Positions 10,209 through 19,584 are shown, counted from the first letter of the stretch. The stretch is 64,000 bases of DNA from a virus (IMGVR_UViG_3300028048_000038:224001-288000); one strand, 5' to 3'. A program made the numbers and translations. Notes: generated by a model from the letters alone, not told the origin.

Positions 10209-10982
10209 TTAAAGATTCTTGAAATAGCGATTGGTCTTGTTCATGACTGCACGTTCCCAATCCTTTTCAATTTTCTTGTTTGCTAGGCGCAAACTATAAG
10301 CATATTTCTTATCCTTACCATTTGCGTCCTTGCCATAATCGTCAATTACGGTGTACTTGCTGAGATATTTTCCATTTTCTCTAGGGTCAAAATACCCCTT
10401 TTCCTTAATCTCCTCCTTTGAGGGGGAACAAGCCTCGCAAATCTTCTTTGTAATCTGAAGCAATACGTCTGGCTTGTCGATTATCATTCTCTTCAGAACC
10501 TCATGTTCAAATGAAAGTCTTCCCTCATTTGCTTTGAAAAATGCTTCCTTCTCGTATGAGAATGTTTGACCATCCTTATTTGTGACCTTTACATTCTTAT
10601 TACTTAGGTCAACCTTGTCACGGATGTACTTAGGATAGGCATAACCATCCCAGATTTTAGTGATTACGTCTCTCTTGTTGTCAGATATTACAATCTTAAA
10701 TGTACAAGCCCAAGGCTCAATGAGTTTTGTATTGAATTCATCATTCTCATCTGGTGCTTGTGGATTGTAATAATACCAAGTATAAACACGACTCTTAGAC
10801 TTTAAATCATTGTCAATTAACTTAACGATTTCATCAAGTTTCTCCTTAAACTCCAATGTGTTCATACTGTTCTCAATGAAATTGTAGATTCTGAAATTTC
10901 TCTTACAGATAATGTTGTCATTAACATACACGGTAAATTCAAACCTCTCCTCTTTGTAATCCTTAATTTCCTTATTTTCCAT
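10209..10982 (-). CDS. Hypothetical protein, first gene of the helicase operon
   Basis: 257-aa ORF with phage-like codon use, downstream of a host-type promoter. Confidence 0.8.
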   Translation of the reverse strand: MENKEIKDYKEERFEFTVYVNDNIICKRNFRIYNFIENSMNTLEFKEKLDEIVKLIDNDLKSKSRVYTWYYYNPQAPDENDEFNTKLIEPWACTFKIVISDNKRDVITKIWDGYAYPKYIRDKVDLSNKNVKVTNKDGQTFSYEKEAFFKANEGRLSFEHEVLKRMIIDKPDVLLQITKKICEACSPSKEEIKEKGYFDPRENGKYLSKYTVIDDYGKDANGKDKKYAYSLRLANKKIEKDWERAVMNKTNRYFKNL

Positions 10983-11025
10983 AAATTAAATTGTTAAAAG
11001 TTAAACATATTTGTTGAATTGTGTT

Positions 11026-11057
11026 GCAAAGATATTAAAAAAATGTTAAAACTCCAA
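11026..11057 (-). promoter_or_regulatory. Bacteroidota primary-sigma promoter (-33/-7)
   Basis: TTTG-N20-TATCTTTG on the minus strand. Confidence 0.75.
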
Positions 11058-11085
11058 ATTTTTAAGTTAAAATTTTTAAAAAAAA

Positions 11086-11421
11086 TCATAACCCAAAATT
11101 GATAAATACATCTTCCAATGTTACATATCTGATGTCCACACACGTGGTAGCCTCAAATTCCTTCCCATTTTTCTTTTCATATATATCATCAAATACCTTA
11201 TACCTATTATCTTCCATACCAAGGCAGATATAAGTATCCTCTGGTCTTGAAACCGCCAATTCAAAGTTACTTTTTGATAACCCATTAACTATCTGCGGAA
11301 AGTAATAAATAAGGTTCTTAACTCTATTATATGTTTTTATATCCTTTGTTTTTAACAAATTCTTAAGATATCCTTCAAGCCAATCACAATTATTCTCTTG
11401 TATTCTTTCTTTCAGTCTCAT
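11086..11421 (-). CDS. Hypothetical protein
   Basis: 111-aa ORF overlapping the end of the exonuclease gene. Confidence 0.7.
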   Translation of the reverse strand: MRLKERIQENNCDWLEGYLKNLLKTKDIKTYNRVKNLIYYFPQIVNGLSKSNFELAVSRPEDTYICLGMEDNRYKVFDDIYEKKNGKEFEATTCVDIRYVTLEDVFINFGL

Positions 11422-12571
11422 ACGCCTTAAATCTTTTGTGCTCCATTAAAATAACTCTTCCGAATGGTTCAAGTATATTACCAAACTTTTCCTCATCTAA
11501 AATCTCGTTCACCTTATTCTCCTTAACTATCTCATAGATATTTTTAATGCTCCTATCACTTATATCTATAGGAGCATAAGATTCTTCATCCATTGTCTCT
11601 CTTGCCTCATCGGTCAATAGTGGCTTCGATAGGTCAATGATTTTCTCATTGATTTCATATAGCCTATCCCCTTGGCATCCATCTGTAACTCCATTAATGA
11701 TGTTTTCAAGCGATTTAAGCGGTTTTTTCTTACTTGCCTTCCTCTCATCAAGCAACTCCCTAGAACGCCTCAGAATGAAGCCCAAATCAATTTTCTTCTC
11801 CTTTATCTCTGGGAACAATTTCCCCAGTGTTTCATTACCAACACCCTTAACACCTTTTATATTATCAGACACATCACCGCATATCATTTTTTCAAGAACC
11901 ACATTCTCAGATAAGACACCTATCTCCTTTACTGCATTATCCTTTGTTATGAATTCCTTTTTTCTTGGGTTATATATTACAACAGTATCGGATATTAATT
12001 GCGTGAGGTCTTTATCTGAAGAAACAATAACTACCTTTTCATCTTGTTTTTTTGATGCAACATAGTAACTTATAATATCATCACCTTCAACATTCTCAAA
12101 CTCATATTGTCTTATACAAAGCTCATCTAATATATGTTGAATAATAGATTTCTGCCTAGCAAAACTTTCGTCATCACTTTCTTTTGTTTGATTTTTTTCC
12201 CTAGAGTACTTCAAGATGTTCCTTGCATAGTTCTCTATGTATTTATCATATTCACTCTTATTCGGATTATGTAGTTCATAGTTCTTATCCCTATTGGCTT
12301 TATAGTCCTTATATAACTCCCATCTAAGGACTCCACTTCCCTCGCCATCGTATGCAGCAATGCAATAGTTAAAGTCCTTCTTTCTAAGAACGTCACCTAT
12401 CATCTTGATAGATGTGAGTATTATTCCATATTCTTTGCCATCATTGTTCATTTTATGGTCTACTGAAGCCATTTTCATAATGTTGTTCATATCGAAAATA
12501 ACTGTGTAACCGCCACTCTTAGACTTTATTCCATTGGCTTCTGCTACTCTTTTCCTAATTGGTTGTATCAT
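11390..12571 (-). CDS. 5'-3' exonuclease / T4 RNase H-like (PIN domain plus H3TH)
   Basis: YKDYKANR, EGDDII, SSDKDLTQL, GDVSDNIKGVKGVG. Confidence 0.92.
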   Translation of the reverse strand: MIQPIRKRVAEANGIKSKSGGYTVIFDMNNIMKMASVDHKMNNDGKEYGIILTSIKMIGDVLRKKDFNYCIAAYDGEGSGVLRWELYKDYKANRDKNYELHNPNKSEYDKYIENYARNILKYSREKNQTKESDDESFARQKSIIQHILDELCIRQYEFENVEGDDIISYYVASKKQDEKVVIVSSDKDLTQLISDTVVIYNPRKKEFITKDNAVKEIGVLSENVVLEKMICGDVSDNIKGVKGVGNETLGKLFPEIKEKKIDLGFILRRSRELLDERKASKKKPLKSLENIINGVTDGCQGDRLYEINEKIIDLSKPLLTDEARETMDEESYAPIDISDRSIKNIYEIVKENKVNEILDEEKFGNILEPFGRVILMEHKRFKAYETERKNTRE

Positions 12572-12588
12572 TTGAATGTTATTTAATG

Positions 12589-12619
12589 CAAAGATATATA
12601 AAAAAAGTTAAATTTCAAA
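12589..12619 (-). promoter_or_regulatory. Bacteroidota primary-sigma promoter
   Basis: TTTG-N19-TATCTTTG upstream of the exonuclease. Confidence 0.75.
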
Positions 12620-12654
12620 ATAAAAAGGTATTTATTGTTATAAAATATGTAAAA

Positions 12655-13911
12655 ATGAAAGTAAATATTACAGAAAATCAATATAATAAACTAAAATTGA
12701 TAGAGGATGAGAACCCATATTATAATGACCAAAAAATAAATGGGGAAAATCTTAATGTTCTATGGGCTGCGATTAAAAAGAAACAGCAAGAACTATTCCA
12801 AGAAACCTTCAATGATTTAGATGAATTGACTAGAAGCAAAGCTGAAATATACGGAGAAGAAAAACTCGATGTTCCAAGAGTAATTGCTTTAGCTGGTAAT
12901 GCGAAAGTACCTCAGAATGTTCTTATGATTAATATTACATCTGCTTTGGCTTGCCCTTCATACTATCTTGGTATCTGTACAATTAAGAATGGAGCTTGTT
13001 ATGCACAAAGAGGTGAAAACCAGTATCCAAATTCAAGAAACAGAAATCTTCAAAATGACTTGATGAATACTGAACTATTAAGGAAGTATCAAAAAGGTAA
13101 TAAGAAACCAATGAGAGATTATTTCAGTCTTGTTGAAATGTATATCCAAATTGGTAATGCAGCAGCAAAAAATATATATACTCAAACAATAGATTCCTTA
13201 AGAAGAAGAGGAAAAGTAATAACTCCAGAGGTAGAACAAACAGTAAAAGACATTTCAGAAGAACCAAAAATAACTGATATAAGACTTAATGAAGCTGGAG
13301 ACTTCCCTTGCCAATTATCAGTTGACCTTTGGAGTAAATTCGCTAAAAAAGTCGGTGCTAAATACGGAATAAAAGTACATGCTTATACTGCAAGAAATCT
13401 AGATTTCTCAAATAGACCAGAGAATTTCTCTGTTCTTCCTTCACATGAAGGTATCAATATAGGTGAAGAACCAAATAGAAGATTCCATGCTGTAAATGAT
13501 AACCTCTATGACTCATTACAAGGTGGAGACCAAGTAGATAATAATTTCCAACCTATACTTGGTGAACATAATGGTAAATTCTTCTATAAATGCCCTTGTG
13601 GCGAGGGAGAGCCACATTGTGACTTGTGTAGAGTATGCTTTAACCGTAATAAAACTGGAAAACCATATACTATCTTTGTTAGGTATCATGGCTTAACAGC
13701 AGCCAATGGCTTAAAGCATCTATTCAAAAAAGATGAGATTGATAAGTCCATTAAGTTAGCTATTCAAAACGGATGGGCTAGCCCAAGTGAAATCAAATCA
13801 TATAATTCTCAGAAGAATCAAAAACGTTTAAATACTATGTCAGATAAAATTGACAATATGAGGGCAAAAGCCCAAAAACCATTAGGAAAAAGAAAAAAGG
13901 CTAAGATTTGA
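12655..13911 (+). CDS. Gp88-like Cys-rich (radical-SAM-like) protein with N-terminal leader motif
   Basis: GNAK, ACPS...C...CYA, IRLNEAGDF, AYTAR, C-terminal CPC...CDLCRVC; start at ATG 12655 after TATTTATT (12629-12636). Confidence 0.6.
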   Translation: MKVNITENQYNKLKLIEDENPYYNDQKINGENLNVLWAAIKKKQQELFQETFNDLDELTRSKAEIYGEEKLDVPRVIALAGNAKVPQNVLMINITSALACPSYYLGICTIKNGACYAQRGENQYPNSRNRNLQNDLMNTELLRKYQKGNKKPMRDYFSLVEMYIQIGNAAAKNIYTQTIDSLRRRGKVITPEVEQTVKDISEEPKITDIRLNEAGDFPCQLSVDLWSKFAKKVGAKYGIKVHAYTARNLDFSNRPENFSVLPSHEGINIGEEPNRRFHAVNDNLYDSLQGGDQVDNNFQPILGEHNGKFFYKCPCGEGEPHCDLCRVCFNRNKTGKPYTIFVRYHGLTAANGLKHLFKKDEIDKSIKLAIQNGWASPSEIKSYNSQKNQKRLNTMSDKIDNMRAKAQKPLGKRKKAKI

Positions 13912-13927
13912 TTTCTTAGCCTTTTTT
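13893..13927. terminator. Bidirectional terminator
   Basis: AAAAAAGGCTAAGA-loop-TCTTAGCCTTTTTT between convergent genes. Confidence 0.85.
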
Positions 13928-13947
13928 ATTTCCTCAAGTACCATATT

Positions 13948-14235
13948 TTATCTATTCTTACTTAACTCTACAAGTCTTTGCTTATATTTCTCTCTATCCT
14001 CTTGAGTTAAAACATGTGGTGTCCTCCCAATGTGCCATTTTCCGCAAGACCAACACTTGTAAGCCGATAACTTATGTATGGTGTTTCCATAGGCATTGTA
14101 ATAGCAAGCTTGCTTAAACGCTTCTTCCTCGCTATTAAACTGCTTCTTTGGTTTCTCAACCTTCTCGCCATTCTCACCAATATACTTAAATGTAGTACAT
14201 TTCATATTGGTTGGTTTGAATTTGTTACCACTCAT
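13948..14235 (-). CDS. Small Zn-ribbon protein
   Basis: AYKCWSCGKWHIG motif; start uncertain (ATG 14235 overlaps the upstream stop). Confidence 0.65.
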   Translation of the reverse strand: MSGNKFKPTNMKCTTFKYIGENGEKVEKPKKQFNSEEEAFKQACYYNAYGNTIHKLSAYKCWSCGKWHIGRTPHVLTQEDREKYKQRLVELSKNR

Positions 14236-14404
14236 ACCCATACCACTGCTTTTTACCGTGTCCACCAGAATCGTCTTCGCCAATCTTCTTGTTCTTGATA
14301 CGAAGCCACTTGTTCATCTGTTTCTTAGCCCACTTATAGGACTTACGCTTACGTCTCTTCTCAGAGTACATGTAAGGCTCTAACTGTTCTCTATATAATG
14401 CCAT
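14225..14404 (-). CDS. Small basic hypothetical protein
   Basis: MALYREQ... begins 15 nt after the -7 element. Confidence 0.6.
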   Translation of the reverse strand: MALYREQLEPYMYSEKRRKRKSYKWAKKQMNKWLRIKNKKIGEDDSGGHGKKQWYGYEW

Positions 14405-14419
14405 AACTTCTTTTTCTTG

Positions 14420-14470
14420 TAAAGATATGAAAAAAAATTGAGCTGACAAAATATCAGCCCAAATTTTAAC
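14420..14470 (-). promoter_or_regulatory. Fused terminator-promoter cassette, copy 1
   Basis: Hairpin TTGGGCTGA-tattttg-TCAGCTCAA, U-tract, then TATCTTTA; TTTG in the loop lies 19 nt upstream of the -7. Confidence 0.7.
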
Positions 14471-14475
14471 ATTTT

Positions 14476-15627
14476 TTATCTTACATAAAAGCCTAGTGGC
14501 TTATTCTTTAACACCTTCATCAATTGGTCATTCAACTCAGCTTGATTCTTCATTAAGTTCCAAGGCAACATCCTATCCAAACGTTCCTTTAACTCATTAA
14601 GTACTGTCTCCTTCTCTTTTTCGCCTTGCTGAAGCAACATGTTATAGTCCATCTGCGCCTCTGCCTCTGGAATCTTTATCTGGCCACTAAATGTACCCCT
14701 TATAATGCCAAGCAATATCTTAGCCTCTGCAACAAGCAAACGTCTTATAATCTGCTGAGTTGGGTTGTTCATCAACTCATACCTCATCTTATCCAATGGC
14801 ACTTGGTCTGGCGTTATAATCACATCATCCTTATTCTCAAGTCTGCAAAGGTCTGCTGCATCATCACCACCACTTACATCATAGTATGTATACCAACAGA
14901 TACAGTTAGCATAACGATTCCATCCCCAAGTATCATCAGCAGCAATACCGCCAACCATATTTGGAGAACCAGGAACTGACATCAAGTGTACAAGGTGTGT
15001 ACCCTCTGGACCAGCAGTTACCTTATAAGCCAAGTCACCTCTCAATAGAGAATTCTTATATTTCAAGTCAACTGACATCAACGCTGTGTCATATGCAGAA
15101 CCAACATAGAAACCAGTGATACCCATACCATTACCCATGTTACCATACTGTCCGAAACCGCCACCGATACCTGTATCAAGTGTACCTAAGTTTCCATACA
15201 ATGCTGCCTTGGTAGTAGATGGGGTTATATACATTACCTTATTAATCTCACGACCAGCTGGAATGACATATACTTGCTTTCCCTTTTCGATTCTAAAGAA
15301 ATCCTTCTTAAGCTCGTAGTTACCTCTCTGCTGCAAACCAACTTCACGAGAGAACCAATATGAGTAATCACGTGACCAATCCATAGTTCTAACAGTCATA
15401 GCGTATGCCAATTCGTTGGCATTTTGAAACTGTATAGCATTCTTATTCTGTATATTAAGCCATTGTGTCTCTAATACCCAATTCTGAACCTTCTCAGAAT
15501 AATCACCGATTGCCACATCTAGAAGGTCACAAAGCTGCTCATCCTCAAGCTGAACCTTTCTCAATGGAGCACCAAGCATCGTTCTTACAGTTCTGAATAG
15601 AGATTGTATATCTTCAGATAAAACCAT
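14476..15627 (-). CDS. Neck / head-tail adaptor protein (T4 gp13-like)
   Basis: N-terminal LGAPLRKVQLEDEQL...AI, C-terminal LGIIRG.FSG.I.IP...MDY..LL..G..EKE; preceded by TATTTATA. Confidence 0.65.
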   Translation of the reverse strand: MVLSEDIQSLFRTVRTMLGAPLRKVQLEDEQLCDLLDVAIGDYSEKVQNWVLETQWLNIQNKNAIQFQNANELAYAMTVRTMDWSRDYSYWFSREVGLQQRGNYELKKDFFRIEKGKQVYVIPAGREINKVMYITPSTTKAALYGNLGTLDTGIGGGFGQYGNMGNGMGITGFYVGSAYDTALMSVDLKYKNSLLRGDLAYKVTAGPEGTHLVHLMSVPGSPNMVGGIAADDTWGWNRYANCICWYTYYDVSGGDDAADLCRLENKDDVIITPDQVPLDKMRYELMNNPTQQIIRRLLVAEAKILLGIIRGTFSGQIKIPEAEAQMDYNMLLQQGEKEKETVLNELKERLDRMLPWNLMKNQAELNDQLMKVLKNKPLGFYVR

Positions 15628-15663
15628 ATTAATTTATTTATTTACTATAAATATTATGGTTAT

Positions 15664-15696
15664 AAAAAAAGCAGCAATATTTCTATTGTTGCTTTT
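15664..15696 (-). terminator. Rho-independent terminator
   Basis: AAAAGCAGCAATA-loop-TATTGTTGCTTTT. Confidence 0.75.
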
Positions 15697-15865
15697 ATGT
15701 TTCTTCATTTATTTCTTCTTCGGCTTCCCTCTGTATAAAACGTCTCATACTACGTTTCTTACACTTGGTAAGCAAATGCTTCCTATCTGACTTGTCATCC
15801 CTTTCATTGGGAAAAAAGTAACCAAGAGCATACTTAATCTTTCTTTTCATTGGAAATCTTTTCAT
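15695..15865 (-). CDS. Small hypothetical protein (56 aa)
   Basis: Manual translation MKRFPMKRKIKYALGYFFPNERDDK...EET*; fills the gap before the terminator. Confidence 0.55.
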   Translation of the reverse strand: MKRFPMKRKIKYALGYFFPNERDDKSDRKHLLTKCKKRSMRRFIQREAEEEINEET

Positions 15866-16226
15866 TTTTCTTCCTTTCTTCCATTTTTTCCTTTATTAGC
15901 TTCCTTTGTAATCTATCGGCAATCACATCACCATGACATGCCTTTGGTTTGCAGAAACATTGAAGGTATATATCTTCCCCATTTTTGTAATGTTCATATA
16001 TTTCATCGAAAGCCCTAGTAAACCATTCATCCTTTCCATAGACTTCATCGAAATACTTTTCATAGGCTTCGATAGCTTGTTCCCTAGTCTTGAATGACAT
16101 GGTTTTGAATATGCTTCTGACACCATTATGAGTGAATGGATTTCCTAATGGGCTACCTCTGCCGATATAGAAATTATTTTCTTTACTTGTATAATCCTCT
16201 TGATGACTATTATAAACGTATATCAT
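15834..16226 (-). CDS. DUF4326-family protein
   Basis: YIGRGSPLGNPF...LQCFCKPKACHGDVI. Confidence 0.85.
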   Translation of the reverse strand: MIYVYNSHQEDYTSKENNFYIGRGSPLGNPFTHNGVRSIFKTMSFKTREQAIEAYEKYFDEVYGKDEWFTRAFDEIYEHYKNGEDIYLQCFCKPKACHGDVIADRLQRKLIKEKMEERKKNEKISNEKKD

Positions 16227-16732
16227 AGTTCAACTCCATTCCTTAACATCCATTTATTGTATGAAACATACCAATGATTGACATACCTATCATATCTTGC
16301 AATGTTTTCTTTGAGAAAATTATGCCACTTCTTTATCAATCTAGTTTCCCAATATCGTCTATATCCAATCTTATCTGGAATCTCAGTCGCCTCTCTTCCA
16401 AGAAATCTATTCTTATTTTTTGATGTTCCAATAATTGATGGCATATAAAATAAAAGATATCTCATAAATGATGATAAAGACGTACAAGTAGATGATTCAC
16501 CATATCTTCCAAGATGATTCGATAAATACATACTATTATACATAATTCTCTCTGCAAAAGAATTCTCTATTTCAAATATTTCTTTTTCTTTCTCAGAATA
16601 AAATCTTTTTCTCCATATATAAAGATTCTTCTTATCACGTATCTTGGTACGTATTTCCGTCATTAGTGCTAATCTCTCGTTTGGAGTAACCCCATGTTTT
16701 AAAAACAGTTTAAAAATTTCAGTTGGTGTCAT
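16223..16732 (-). CDS. Hypothetical protein, tandem paralog 3
   Basis: MTPTEIFKLFLK...LSSFMRYL...KWHNFLKENI. Confidence 0.75.
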   Translation of the reverse strand: MTPTEIFKLFLKHGVTPNERLALMTEIRTKIRDKKNLYIWRKRFYSEKEKEIFEIENSFAERIMYNSMYLSNHLGRYGESSTCTSLSSFMRYLLFYMPSIIGTSKNKNRFLGREATEIPDKIGYRRYWETRLIKKWHNFLKENIARYDRYVNHWYVSYNKWMLRNGVEL

Positions 16733-17231
16733 TGGTCTTTAATTTAAAATCGTAACACTCACCCTTCTTGAATGGGCTGTTAAACTTTTTCTCACTCTCT
16801 ATCCTTTCCCTTAAAAACTGATTCCATTTCCTTTTATAGTAGTTGATGTACATTCCAGCATTATAATATTGAAATGTCACAAAATAGTCCTTAACCTCTC
16901 CAGTATAGTTACCAAGCCAATCCTTAATTCTAAACTTTCTATCCTTACCCTCATTTTTAACCTTAAAATCATTCGCTATCCGCATCCATCTAGGATTTTT
17001 ATGTCTGTTTTTCTTCAGATTAGGGGCAAGGATGAATAACCTAGTCATGTAGTTATTCAATGCCCTTTTATTCCTAGCTAGATAGTCTTCAACAAATGTT
17101 GGGGTATATAGAGGTCTTTTCCTAAAATACTTATTACCATTGTCCTTCAATATCGTATACTTGAAGAATCTCATTTCATCGATGGTACAGCATTCCTTGA
17201 GGAAAAGAAATAATACTTGAGTCGCTGTCAT
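16719..17231 (-). CDS. Hypothetical protein, tandem paralog 2
   Basis: MTATQVLFLFLKE...FVEDYL.R..R.L..YMTRLFIL.P.L...KWNQFL...SEKKFNS. Confidence 0.78.
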   Translation of the reverse strand: MTATQVLFLFLKECCTIDEMRFFKYTILKDNGNKYFRKRPLYTPTFVEDYLARNKRALNNYMTRLFILAPNLKKNRHKNPRWMRIANDFKVKNEGKDRKFRIKDWLGNYTGEVKDYFVTFQYYNAGMYINYYKRKWNQFLRERIESEKKFNSPFKKGECYDFKLKTNDTN

Positions 17232-17686
17232 TATTTATATTCGTAACTATACGTTTCACCTTCCTTATAGACACTATTGAATTTCTTCTCACTTGTTATG
17301 TGTTTCTCTAGAAATACATGCCACTTATCACGATAAATCGAAACACATTTTGAGTTTACATGTGCCTTGAAAAAATATTCATCCTCTTCTCTAGGATTCG
17401 CATGCCAACCGAAATAGCGAGGTCTTATGTCACTATAAATCTTCTTATATGTTGGATTGTCTAACCCACACACTAGAAGACTAGGACAAAGGACAAACAC
17501 TCTTGTCATAAACCCACCAAGAGTCCTTCTTGTCCTACAGAGGTATTCCTCAACAAATCCTTTTCCCAATACTGGTCTTATCTTACCCCCTCTTCTTCTC
17601 CTTGATAAATGGTGCATGAAAAAGAGATATTCGTTCACGGAAAGTTCCTTCTTGAGAAAGAGCATGAATACTTGAGTTGCTGTCAT
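17231..17686 (-). CDS. Hypothetical protein, tandem paralog 1
   Basis: MTATQVFMLFLKK...FVEEYL.R..R.L..FMTRVFVL.P.L...KWHVFL...SEKKFNS. Confidence 0.78.
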   Translation of the reverse strand: MTATQVFMLFLKKELSVNEYLFFMHHLSRRRRGGKIRPVLGKGFVEEYLCRTRRTLGGFMTRVFVLCPSLLVCGLDNPTYKKIYSDIRPRYFGWHANPREEDEYFFKAHVNSKCVSIYRDKWHVFLEKHITSEKKFNSVYKEGETYSYEYK

Positions 17687-17889
17687 TGGAAATTCTTATC
17701 TACGTACCTCAGAATCTCGTTGATTTCCTTTGGATTCTTCTTTGAAAACTTGTCGAACAACTTAATCGCAAGATTACGGTCAATCTCGTTACTCTTAAAT
17801 GCCTCGACAGCATTCAAGATGCCTTCTACTTGGTCACTAGGCATGTTCAACATTGATGCCATAGTTTTCTTCAAAAACATATTTGCCAT
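17683..17889 (-). CDS. Small hypothetical protein
   Basis: MANMFLKK... follows the promoter; ATGA overlap with the next gene. Confidence 0.7.
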   Translation of the reverse strand: MANMFLKKTMASMLNMPSDQVEGILNAVEAFKSNEIDRNLAIKLFDKFSKKNPKEINEILRYVDKNFQ

Positions 17890-17907
17890 AACATTAATCC
17901 ATTTCTG

Positions 17908-17939
17908 CAAAGATATACAAAAAAATCCTAATTAACAAA
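17908..17939 (-). promoter_or_regulatory. Bacteroidota primary-sigma promoter
   Basis: TTTG-N20-TATCTTTG. Confidence 0.75.
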
Positions 17940-17941
17940 TT

Positions 17942-18112
17942 TTAGAACGTGTTTTTTACAGAATCTAACCCTTCATAAAGTTCTTTAACCTCTTCACTTG
18001 TCAATACAACATCATCAATGTAATGACCATGCTTATCATACACAGTGAGCGTGTAACTTCTCTCGTACTTATCGTACTTCAACTCAATTTTATCATTACT
18101 AATTATATTCAT
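17942..18112 (-). CDS. Small hypothetical protein (56 aa)
   Basis: Manual translation MNIISNDKIELKYDKYERSYTLTVYDKHGHY...; TATTTATT upstream at 18129-18136. Confidence 0.6.
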   Translation of the reverse strand: MNIISNDKIELKYDKYERSYTLTVYDKHGHYIDDVVLTSEEVKELYEGLDSVKNTF

Positions 18113-18150
18113 ATCATTTAAATTTTAGAATAAATATAACAGTAATTTCA

Positions 18151-18188
18151 AAAAGAAAAATGCTGACTATCTTCACAGACAATCAGCA
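18151..18188 (-). terminator. Terminator with GNRA (GUGA)-capped hairpin
   Basis: Minus strand TGCTGATTGTCT-GTGA-AGATAGTCAGCA followed by a U-tract. Confidence 0.75.
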
Positions 18189-18205
18189 CTCTCAAACTAT
18201 GAAAA

Positions 18206-18409
18206 CTAATCCCATCCCCAAATCTCATGGGAAAAGGGTTTTCTCATGGACATCTTTTTCAAATCTTCATCGGTAAACCACTTTTTCTTTCGGAAGAACC
18301 ACTTGAATTTTTTATGTTTACTTCCCATCACATGTGCTTTCCAAGCTTTCTTATGTGGCATTTTATTCCAAAATCTTTTTGGGGTTTTGAATTTCTTACC
18401 TTTTGACAT
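18206..18409 (-). CDS. Small Lys/Trp-rich hypothetical protein
   Basis: 67-aa ORF overlapping the HNH stop. Confidence 0.55.
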   Translation of the reverse strand: MSKGKKFKTPKRFWNKMPHKKAWKAHVMGSKHKKFKWFFRKKKWFTDEDLKKMSMRKPFSHEIWGWD

Positions 18410-19427
18410 ATTTGAACACTTTTTTATGATGTGTTTTTAATTCTCCTCTGCACACTCTATATACATTTTTGGGGTCAAATCCATCATCTAATAATTCTTT
18501 GACTGATGTATACCTTTTTTCAATTTCCCCAGTTTCTCCAATTCTATCCAAAATTCTAAATTTTTTCTTTTGGTACTCCCTTAATGTTTTAGAATTTCCA
18601 TTTGAAAATCTCCATTTTATATCTCCGAAAATACTTCTTATATAATTTCTCATTTCTTTTGCGTTTGTTGGCAATAAATGCTTTTCACACCATTTTACAA
18701 TAGTTTTATCACTAACATTATGTTTACTACCAACGGCTTTAAAAGAGCCTAACACTCTAAAATCATTAATTAATTCTTCTTTTGAAACCATTTTACTAGC
18801 CCTAACAACTTTCGTTTTTTCTTTCTTAACTTTTAACTTTCTACCGCAGTAATTGTCGGTTAAAGCGTGACAATTTGGGCAAAGTAATTGGATATTTTCT
18901 AGCCTATTATCAGTTCTATCTCCATTTATATGATGTAACTGTAATGGAATAATTTCTCCTTCCCACTCAGTTCTACCGCATTTTTCGCATTTATGCTCTT
19001 TTACTCCTTCTTTTATAAGCCTATTTCTTAATTTAGATATTGTAATTGCAGAACCAACCACTAAATAATCAGATAATGATTTTTTTTCTTCTATCCCATT
19101 AGGTTTGTATTTTTCATTATACGTAAAATGAGAAATATCTACATTATTTTCCTCAAGAATTTTTTTTATTTGTTTATAATATTCATTTGTACTTTTTTTA
19201 CCAAGTATTTTCAATATCTGATTTATATTAGAACACTTTTTTGCCAAAGCACAAACAGTATCTATATATTTATCTCTTGATGCCATTTTAGCATCATACT
19301 TATTTAAATCAATCTTACTACAATAACTAGCATTTGATTTTGTAATTAATAATTCTTTGGAAATTTCACCAAAACTTTTGCCTTCGTTTCTTAAATTTTG
19401 TACTTTTTCAATTAAAATTCTGTCCAT
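18396..19427 (-). CDS. HNH homing endonuclease next to the tRNA cluster
   Basis: CEKCG...LQLHHINGDRTDNRLENIQLLCPNCH; HTH-like N-terminus, NUMOD1-like C-terminus; very AT-rich. Confidence 0.85.
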   Translation of the reverse strand: MDRILIEKVQNLRNEGKSFGEISKELLITKSNASYCSKIDLNKYDAKMASRDKYIDTVCALAKKCSNINQILKILGKKSTNEYYKQIKKILEENNVDISHFTYNEKYKPNGIEEKKSLSDYLVVGSAITISKLRNRLIKEGVKEHKCEKCGRTEWEGEIIPLQLHHINGDRTDNRLENIQLLCPNCHALTDNYCGRKLKVKKEKTKVVRASKMVSKEELINDFRVLGSFKAVGSKHNVSDKTIVKWCEKHLLPTNAKEMRNYIRSIFGDIKWRFSNGNSKTLREYQKKKFRILDRIGETGEIEKRYTSVKELLDDGFDPKNVYRVCRGELKTHHKKVFKYVKR

Positions 19428-19496
19428 TAGTATAATCGTTTATTATAAATATAATAAACTTTTAAAAAATATCAATATACTAAAGGGAAAAATATG

Positions 19497-19584
19497 TTAG
19501 GGGTGTGAGATTCGAACTCACGATGTGGTATTAGCACATACAGGGACCAAAATCCTGCGCCTTAAACCTCTCGGCCAACCCCCA
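19497..19584 (-). tRNA. tRNA-Gln(UUG) with atypical long variable arm
   Basis: Acceptor UGGGGGU/ACCCCUA, D-loop GG, anticodon arm CAGGA-UUUUGGU-CCCUG, variable stem AUGUG/CACAU, T arm GUGAG-UUCGAAU-CUCAC. Confidence 0.8.
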
